Shown here piece after piece: positions 10,286-17,800 of a stretch of DNA of 64,000 bases. Below the pieces are notes generated by a model. It was not told the DNA's origin, did no database searches, and worked only from the letters and a program-made list of their open reading frames with translations. The first letter of the stretch is position 1. The number at the start of each line of letters is the position of its first letter. The stretch is from Nitrospirota bacterium (lineage in GTDB: Bacteria; JACPQY01), in contig JACPAV010000011.1 of the NCBI GenBank assembly GCA_016180645.1, positions 1 through 64,000 on the forward strand. The letters are read 5' to 3'. The position numbers were made by a program, and so were the translations under genes.

Positions 10286-10529
10286 TGCGGCGAGTGCCGC
10301 TCCGTCCGTGGCTGGTCGCACCGCTCCGCATTGACCGCTGCTCACCATCCTGGCTCGCTCGGGGCTTCGGGTGCAGACCATCCGTGGCACTCGCCGTTTC
10401 CTGGGCCTCGCATCACGCTCGGCGGATTGCGGCGAGTACCGCACCATCCATGGCTGGTCGCACCGCTCCGCATTGACCGCTGCTCACCATCCTGGCTCGC
10501 TCGGGGCTTCGGGTGCAGACCATCCGTGG
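10286..10529. repeat. Two ~102-bp direct copies of a palindrome-rich element
   Basis: 10286-10387 and 10428-10529 are near-identical, with CATCC(G/A)TGG motifs also seen near 28600 and 41900. Confidence 0.85.
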
Positions 10530-10614
10530 TCGGGGCGCGCGGATTCCATGCAAATCAACATCGCTTGCCTCTCATGGCCCCCGTGGGGTGAACCGCGGAC
10601 CACCTGAACCCCAT
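10527..10614 (-). other. Displaced 3' half of tRNA-Pro (att site) interrupted by a 43-bp insertion
   Basis: 10530-10545 plus 10589-10614 are identical to tRNA 14697-14738; the insertion is 10546-10588. Confidence 0.9.
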
Positions 10615-10853
10615 GAAGAAATTCAGGCGAAAATACTCCGTTGAATCATGGGGTTAGCTGGCCGAGAATCGTTTTGTCGCTGTTTTGACGCAGGTATTTC
10701 CTTCAGGTTTCTCAAGCGTCCGTCTGGTAGTCTCATTCCGCGTGATTTCGGCAGGTTGCTGAAGTTTGCGGAATTCCACCCCATATTTCGGGGTCGAAGT
10801 GTACAGAAAAGGGTCACAGGAGTCGCCAGTGCATCCCTGAAAGAATCCTCTGA

Positions 10854-11756
10854 TTACCCTGTACGCCGCAGCATTCGTTCATCGATGAATTTGACAATCT
10901 CAGTCTGAGGCACCTGAATCTCTCCGTCAGCAACGTCAAACCCTTGAGCGCGAATCCTGTACTTCACGATCAATGGCTTCATTGCCCTGTCCGGCTCCTT
11001 GATTCCGACGGCAATGCGAGCTACCCACAGTGGTTCATCCCGATGGACGATATCGTTCGCGCCACCCTTAAAGGCGCATCGGTTCCCCGGCTCAGGTTCG
11101 AGATTCCACGTGCCGTTCCCATCCACGCCGCTATTGTTGATAGCGTATCCCTCGCATGGTTCGAAAACAGCGTGCGGGAATCTCGCTTCCTTTCGGGTGC
11201 GATTCCTTACGCCTAGTTTCACGTAAACGGCATGGCGCGTGCCGTCGTGCCCCCTGCTCGTTCCACCTGATTGGAGGTCATGACATTCGTCCAGCCGTCG
11301 GACCGGAAACGATTGCGTTTTCAGCCATGTCCCAATCTCCTTGATCATGGCATCGGCCCTTTCAGTCGTCTTGGGGTTCAGATGTAGATACTTCATGATG
11401 CCTTCGATCCGTACCTGTGGATCACTGAATACGAGAATAGGGATTTCATCACCGTCGACAATGGTTCTATAGGCTAGTATCGCAATCTCTTGGTTGATCC
11501 AGATTGATGAACGGAAGTGTTCGGATTCACCGTTTTGACGGACAATTCCACGAGAATGCATGACTGCAACACACCCGGAACACTCCTGGAGTTTGGCGAG
11601 GATGCTTTCCGTCAGGCCGTGGAGGGAGCTGACTTTCTCAGCAAAATACCCTTCGTATCCCTCGATACCGTCGATGTACTCTTTTATCCGCGCCCCGATT
11701 TTCTTCTCCTCCTCGGTGCGTTGTCCGCAACTGATGAAAATTAGATTTGCTCCCAT
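10854..11756 (-). CDS. TIR-like (TIR/NDT-fold) N-terminal domain protein with unknown beta-rich C-terminus
   Basis: LIFISCG first strand, ILAKLQECSGCVAVMH and SSIWINQEIA (S-x-W-x3-E motif). Confidence 0.6.
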   Translation of the reverse strand: MGANLIFISCGQRTEEEKKIGARIKEYIDGIEGYEGYFAEKVSSLHGLTESILAKLQECSGCVAVMHSRGIVRQNGESEHFRSSIWINQEIAILAYRTIVDGDEIPILVFSDPQVRIEGIMKYLHLNPKTTERADAMIKEIGTWLKTQSFPVRRLDECHDLQSGGTSRGHDGTRHAVYVKLGVRNRTRKEARFPHAVFEPCEGYAINNSGVDGNGTWNLEPEPGNRCAFKGGANDIVHRDEPLWVARIAVGIKEPDRAMKPLIVKYRIRAQGFDVADGEIQVPQTEIVKFIDERMLRRTG

Positions 11757-11777
11757 GCCCCTGTAGATACGCCGGGA

Positions 11778-12638
11778 CTATTCTTCCACGTATTTCCCCA
11801 ACCGCCCGTTTCTGAGGCCTTCCATCAACACACTACCCGCGGCACCCAGTGCACCAACTTCCGTTGACCATGACCACCCGAAGAAACTCGCAATCGAACT
11901 GGCAAGAGCGAGATAGGCAGACGTAGCTTGGAGTGTCCACAGATTTGCACCGTGAGGATTGCACAAAGGCCCCAATACGACTCGCCCGCCATCGTCTTGG
12001 AACATGGCTTGACCACCAAAAGTGCCGTGGGACGCCCTGGATAATATTCCGTAGAGTTTCAAGGATTGTTCTGCGCTTCGTGAAAAACGACTGACTAGGG
12101 CGGATGGCCCTCTCGGGTCAGTATCTTCGGTCGCAAACCAATACTTCCAATTGAAGGTCTTTCCGCTCGGTCTCGTTCCGAGATTGAAGGATTTTGCCAA
12201 CTCTACAGCCCGAGATCTGTCCCTAGCCCCTCCCATTCGGCTCAAGAATTCATCGAGGAATTCCTTCGCGACGGCATCATCGCCCTTTTCTTTGGCCAGA
12301 TGTAGAATCTCGAAGGACAAGAACTTGAACGCCCGGAAGGCGTGATCTTCTTCGGAGATGAATTTCCAGCCAAGAGCTATTTCCAGCATATTCCGTACGA
12401 TCACGGGAGCGACATGTGAATAACCCTGAATGCACAGACTTGAAGTTGCGCTCAATGCAGTTCCTGCGGCGGCGTTCAGTCGAGTTGCCGCATCTGCGGT
12501 TAGAGGTGGAGGTTTTTCCGGGAAGTGAGCTAGCTCCGAGAGAATCTTCCCGGCGAATCCATAGGCTTGATCTCGATATACCGAAATAGCCGGGGTGACA
12601 TCGTCCTTGCAGTTTTCCTTCCTTGCTTCGATCCTCAC
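11778..12638 (-). CDS. DUF5677-like all-helical (HEPN-related) protein
   Basis: A..IVRNMLE and LYGILSRASHG motifs. Confidence 0.6.
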   Translation of the reverse strand: MRIEARKENCKDDVTPAISVYRDQAYGFAGKILSELAHFPEKPPPLTADAATRLNAAAGTALSATSSLCIQGYSHVAPVIVRNMLEIALGWKFISEEDHAFRAFKFLSFEILHLAKEKGDDAVAKEFLDEFLSRMGGARDRSRAVELAKSFNLGTRPSGKTFNWKYWFATEDTDPRGPSALVSRFSRSAEQSLKLYGILSRASHGTFGGQAMFQDDGGRVVLGPLCNPHGANLWTLQATSAYLALASSIASFFGWSWSTEVGALGAAGSVLMEGLRNGRLGKYVEE

Positions 12639-12935
12639 AGGCTATCCTTCCATGGTGTTTTGGGCCCTAGTGGACTTCCCATCTGAATTGTGCGACTGCA
12701 ACCGAAAAAGGTCAATAGCGCATTAGGTTCAGGTCTCTTGTTGACGTACTGATACACTGTCATGGGTTTGCGCTCCGGGCCGGAGTTGAGACCCGACTGA
12801 ATCCTTCGAGGGTTCCGGAAAACGAATCCATCTGACCTGCGGTAGCGGCGCGGGATTTCCCTCCAGCCGTCAGGTGCGGAAAACCCCTATGGCCATTATC
12901 TTGAAACCTGCCCGAAAGTCTGGCACTAGGAAAGC

Positions 12936-13748
12936 GTGACCAGTCTTGGCTTCTGGACAGTTGGTGAAATCTGCATGCGCGCCAACCCGTACGGGAAATC
13001 TCCCACGCTCGACCTGTCCAGAATCGACTTCTTCGAACCGTTTGGGACCGTCTACATAGGATTGTTCCTGAGATACCACCGAAGCCGAGCCCACCTAATA
13101 GCCGTGAACTCTCCGACAAATTCTCGCGCCCTCTCTTACCTTTCACGGGTCAAATTCTTTGATCGATTCAACGTCCCGGAACCTGACACCACAAGGGATT
13201 TCCCCAGCATTGGTCGCTGGACGTCTCTCAACGACATCATCGAACTCGATCCGGACCGCAACACGGCCGAGGATGTGGAAGCCAAGCTTCGATCCTTGGT
13301 CATCGCCAACAGCCCCCGTCTCCCCGTAGGTGCGATCTGTGAAATCGTGGTCGAACTCGTCGATAATTTTGTGCAGCATGCGAAGCGTGGTCGCGCCGTT
13401 CTCACGGCTCAGTATTACCCCCAAACGGAAAAACTGGTTGTTGCCTTGGGTGACTGGGGGATAGGGATCAAGCAGAGTCTTGCAGCTCTTGAAAAATATG
13501 GCGATCTAGCGAGCAGAACGGATGCCGAATGTATTGTCAAAGCTTTCGAGCCCTTGGTCACGTCCAAGCACGAAGGCGGCATGGGACTCTATAACGTGAG
13601 AGAAGCGACCCAGGCCGTAGGCGGCACCCTCCGAATCACATCCGGGGATGGTTTCATGACCATCGTCGGTGATAGAATGCTGCATGGGAATATGAGAAGC
13701 GCATTGTCCGGCGTTCAGATTGAGCTTGAATTCAAGGCCAAGGTCTAG
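12936..13748 (+). CDS. STAS-like plus HATPase_c (anti-sigma kinase-like) protein
   Basis: LDLSRIDFFEP (STAS-like), ELVDNFVQHA (N box), DWGIG (G1), GGMGL (G2) and SGVQI. Confidence 0.8.
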   Translation: MTSLGFWTVGEICMRANPYGKSPTLDLSRIDFFEPFGTVYIGLFLRYHRSRAHLIAVNSPTNSRALSYLSRVKFFDRFNVPEPDTTRDFPSIGRWTSLNDIIELDPDRNTAEDVEAKLRSLVIANSPRLPVGAICEIVVELVDNFVQHAKRGRAVLTAQYYPQTEKLVVALGDWGIGIKQSLAALEKYGDLASRTDAECIVKAFEPLVTSKHEGGMGLYNVREATQAVGGTLRITSGDGFMTIVGDRMLHGNMRSALSGVQIELEFKAKV

Positions 13749-14168
13749 ATGGACCAAAGAATCTGGCTGAAAGTTGAAGAGCTTGCTCCGAAAACCCTCA
13801 CCAGGGACAGGGCGCGTGAGGTGATCCAAAAGGTTCGAGAGAAGGTGTCCGATCTGAGAGGCAAGACTATTGTCCTCGACCTCCGGGGGAGCGAAAGCGT
13901 GTCCGGTTCTTTTCTCGACGAGCTTCTTCTGAGGAGAAATGACCTCCTGTCGGAAGGCCTCTCTGATCTTCAATTCGCATCGGATTCGGCGGAGCTATCG
14001 TCCCGCTTGCTGGCCAACGCACAAATCCGCCAAGTGAGCCTCACTCTTCTCGACCATGATACGGAGCGAACATTCGTGCCCGATCCGAAGACGCCACGCT
14101 CCATCCCGCAGTCTTTCCCAGTCGGTGACGTTGCCAACGTACCACGTAACCCGTTCACGGGTGATTGA
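13749..14168 (+). CDS. STAS-like (DUF4325-type) protein
   Basis: IVLDLRGSESVSGSFLDEL with candidate phosphoacceptor Ser; directly abuts the HATPase gene. Confidence 0.75.
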   Translation: MDQRIWLKVEELAPKTLTRDRAREVIQKVREKVSDLRGKTIVLDLRGSESVSGSFLDELLLRRNDLLSEGLSDLQFASDSAELSSRLLANAQIRQVSLTLLDHDTERTFVPDPKTPRSIPQSFPVGDVANVPRNPFTGD

Positions 14169-14293
14169 ATCGACCCCGGAGGCTAGGAGAGAGGCGGCTC
14201 CTTCTGCTCTATCGGACCGCTCCTGGAGTCAGATCTTTCGTTGATGCAATGACACACCGCGGAGGTGAGAGACTTGGCGAAGAAGTACATTAG

Positions 14294-14377
14294 GTGAACG
14301 CGGTCAATGTGGCCGAGGGTTATGGTCTCATCGAGATCCGAACGCCCAGGGAGGTTGCTCAATATGAAAATGAGTAA
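14294..14377 (+). pseudogene. C-terminal remnant of a PIN-domain toxin
   Basis: VNAVNVAEGYGLIEIRTPREV resembles the C-terminus of a PIN family; an in-frame TAG lies immediately upstream. Confidence 0.6.
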
Positions 14378-14552
14378 GCCGTTCAAAGCAGTAGAATTCA
14401 TGCGCGACGCACGGCAGGAAATAGAGCGTCAATATCAAGGCCTCGATTTGCTTGAGCGGGAGAATGCTATGAGAAAGGACTTGGAGAAAAGCCCGCTCTG
14501 GCAGTCTATGCAGGAGAAGTTTAGTCAACGACGGATGAAGCACGCCGCCTGA
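14364..14552 (+). CDS. Small protein, probable antitoxin partner of the lost PIN toxin
   Basis: 62 aa, FKAVEFMRDARQEI motif; GGAGG upstream; overlaps the 3' end of the PIN remnant. Confidence 0.6.
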   Translation: MKMSKPFKAVEFMRDARQEIERQYQGLDLLERENAMRKDLEKSPLWQSMQEKFSQRRMKHAA

Positions 14553-14696
14553 CCAACCCTGAAATTGCCGCAACTTTGACGCAGGTTTTTCCCGAATAGC
14601 CCGAACCAACCCGGACCGACCCGGAACAACTCGAAATAGGCCGTTTGGGAAATGCCGATCTACCAACGGCATAGTTGATGCCACTGGCGTATTTAG

Positions 14697-14768
14697 TCGG
14701 GGCGCGCGGATTTGAACCGCGGACCACCTGAACCCCATTCAGGTACGCTACCACTGCGCCACGCCCCG
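14697..14768 (-). tRNA. tRNA-Pro(GGG), CCA not encoded
   Basis: Cloverleaf: CGGGGCG/CGCCCCG acceptor stem, CCTGA-ATGGGGT-TCAGG anticodon arm, GGTTCAAATCC T arm. Confidence 0.95.
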
Positions 14769-14832
14769 AATTGCGACGCTAATAGTAGTGGTACACAGGA
14801 CGAAAGTCCAGATAACCCACGGGCAAGTCCCA

Positions 14833-14848
14833 TGTGACTTACATCACA
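14833..14848. promoter_or_regulatory. CRP-family binding site
   Basis: TGTGA-CTTACA-TCACA upstream of the 1628-aa gene. Confidence 0.65.
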
Positions 14849-14882
14849 GACAAGATCCCGTCGTTCGTGTAGTTATTCCAGT

Positions 14883-17800
14883 ATGGAGGAGTTTGACATG
14901 GGCAGGGGAAACGCTTACTTTGGAATTGTGAATTTTGGCGGGGGCCTGAAGCTGTCACATTGGGGGGCAATAGCGTTCCTGCTGCTGTTGTCCACTTCCT
15001 GCATCCGAAAATCCGACCAGACCCAATCCACGCAGATTTCCTCGGCTGACGAGGGCATCGCGCTCGACGTGGGGATCCCCCTTTCTCCTGAAATCGCCTC
15101 CGCACTCACCGGCGTGGAAGAAGACGCCGAAGTCGATGTCTTCGCCGGAGATGAATTGGTGGCTGAGGGCGTCCGCGGCGGGGTGCGAGCGGGCGTGCGC
15201 GGCGGAATCCGCGCATCGGAGCAAAGCGGCGTGCGCGGCGGTGTTCGCGGGGGTGTCCGTGCGAGCAGCCAGGGCGGCGTTCGCGCTGCTCCCGCACGTC
15301 AAGCCGCGGCCGGCGGGCAACCACCGGCCGGCGACGAGAACACCATCGTCTACCAATTCACTTTCCAACTTCCCGTAGCCCATGCGCGGGACGGCGCAAA
15401 CAATATTCGAAGTCGCGTCCGTTCCCGGAAGAATAAAGACATTCCCTTCGTCGAAGTCACCGCCACGGTAACCATCAAGGTCCCTCCGCCTCCCGATCCA
15501 TCGGCGCCCCCGGGAACCGATGCCACCCCGGCCATCTCATTCCAAATCGAGGAGACTCCCATCCCGATCAATCAGGTTGTTCTCCCGGATGTCGACGGCG
15601 ACGGCGTGTCCAGTCTCGTGGAGGTCGCCACTGCCAAAGCGACCACCGGAAGTATCGAGCAGGCGTTGGCGGCCGCCGCGGACGCGACCATCGCCCCAAC
15701 CCAAGAACAGGTCGTCGCCGCATTCACGCAACTCGGGAAAACACTCGAAAAGAACTTGAAGGACAGCGGCGTGACCGTGAAAGTCGATCTCGAAAAGATC
15801 GATGTGACTCCACCCGACACCACCGCCACGTTGGATAGGGTCCAAGCCAAGGTCGGCGAGCCGATCACCGTGGCCACTTCATGCTCCAAATCGAATTGCG
15901 TCTATCGATGCACATTGGACGAGAAGCTGCCCGCCGCCTGCCCCAGTCCATTCATCCTCAACAATGCCGCGGCCCCCCTTCCAGAAGGCCCTCACGCTCT
16001 GGCTGTTCGCGCCGCGGACGCCCTCGGCAACACGGATCAGACGCCCGTCGTCCTTTCGTTCACCGTTCTTCCAAAAGCGGAATGCGGCAACAAGATCTGC
16101 GAATCCGGTGAAACGGAAATCTCTTGTCCCGGCGATTGTGACAAGGTGCCGCCCAACACTTCGATTGCCAAGGTGGAATCGGTTCATGGAGCGGATTTGA
16201 CCGGCTTGAGCGTCACGAATCAGGAAGAACTCAGGATCACCCTGACCTGCACGAAATCGGCCTGCACGTTTGAGTGCGCTATCGCGAAGGATGGTCAGTT
16301 CGGATTCGGGCCTTGCGCCAACCCAGCCACTCCAGCCCTTTCGAAAGGCGATGGCGAGTATACTTTCCGCGCTCGCGCGAAGGACGCCAACGGCAATGTC
16401 GATCCCACACCCGCAGAATTCAAAATCACGCTGGACAAAACTCCGCCAGAGACCACGATCAACAATAACCCACCGGCAATTACGAACCAGAAATCGGCCG
16501 CCATCGGCTTCTCCTGCACTGAGCCCGGAACCCTGACCCCTGGCCCCTGTTCGTTCCTTTGCCAACTGGACACCGGCACTCCAGCGCCCTGTTCCTCACC
16601 GTTCACGGCCACCAACCTGGGAGATGGGACGCACACCTTCACGGTGGCCGCCGCGGACGCTTTGGGCAATCCCGACGCGACGCCCGCTGGATTCTCATGG
16701 GTCGTGGATACGGTTCTGCCCGGCATCACCCTTTCGGCAGGCCCCCCGCCGTTCACGAATGCCAACCGGCCATCCTTCACCTTCAGTTCGACCGACTCGA
16801 CAGCCGTTTTCGAGTGCCACATGGACAACCTCCCCTTCAATGCCTGCACCTCGCCCGTGGTACCGCCCATCCCCCTTCTGGACGGGGCGCACACGTTTGA
16901 GGTCCGCGCCGCGGATCCTGCCGGAAACGTGAGCGGTGCCGCTCAGTCGAGCTTTACCGTGGACACTGTTCTCCCAACGGCACTGAGTGTAAGGGACGGC
17001 CTCTCCGGCTACACGCTGGACCAGGACATCCAGTCCGATACAACCAAGCTGGCGGCATGGTGGAATGCCTCCAGCGATGCGGGCAGCGGCTTGGACCGGT
17101 ACGAGGTGGCCGTTGGGACGACCGTTTGCACCGGCGCGTCGCCGGGATCGATCATGGCCGCCACGTCAAACAGCCTCACGAATTCGATTACCAAGACGGC
17201 CCTGGCTCTCTCCGCTGGAACGCAGTACTTCGTCAACGTCATGACGTTCGACAAGGCCGGAAACGTCCGCTGCGATTCGTCGGACGGCATCAAAATCGGG
17301 GCACCCGGCCTCGCCATCGACGTGCTTGGGCATCTCCTCCCAGGCGACTCCGTTTTCTACACGGCGGGGGGTCCCAACAATCCCCGCGCCGAATCCTTCG
17401 ACGGCCCGGGAGGCCTGGTTTATGATACTGCGAACGACCGCCTGTTTGCGTCCGACTCCTTGAATAACCGCGTTCTCGTTTTCAATTGTAACTCAACCAC
17501 CAAGATGCCCCTCGATCGGCAACCCGATTTCGTTCTCGGACAGTCGGATTTCGTAAGCACCACCCCTGGAACCAGCAGCACAAAGATGAACGAACCCCGG
17601 GGGCTCACGATTGAATACAACGGGGCCACTGCCCAGTGGCTCTACGTGGCCGATCACCTCAACCACCGGGTGCTGATCTTCAACCTGTCCGACGGCCTCG
17701 TCAGCGGCGAGGCGGCCGCCAACGTTCTCGGTCAGGGATTGCTCACAGCCTCCACACAGGACTGGCGGGGCGACGCCCCCGTCTGCGGTGGAAACAACAA

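Larger units (their letters stand above)
10615..14696. mobile_element. Degenerate genomic island integrated at tRNA-Pro(GGG); no integrase found
   Basis: Bounded by the tRNA 3'-half direct repeat; visibly more AT-rich; accessory-type genes. Confidence 0.8.

Noticed and set aside
10527-10614. Second tRNA-Pro or intron-containing tRNA
   Set aside because: The 5' half (acceptor 5' strand and D arm) is missing; it is an att remnant.
10623-10853. Possible integrase C-terminal remnant (SEDSFRDALA...)
   Set aside because: No catalytic R-H-R-H-Y motifs are visible; too weak to call.
12889-12939. Possible frameshifted N-terminus of the STAS-HATPase gene (MAIILKP...)
   Set aside because: It cannot be told apart from a chance short ORF without homologue alignment.
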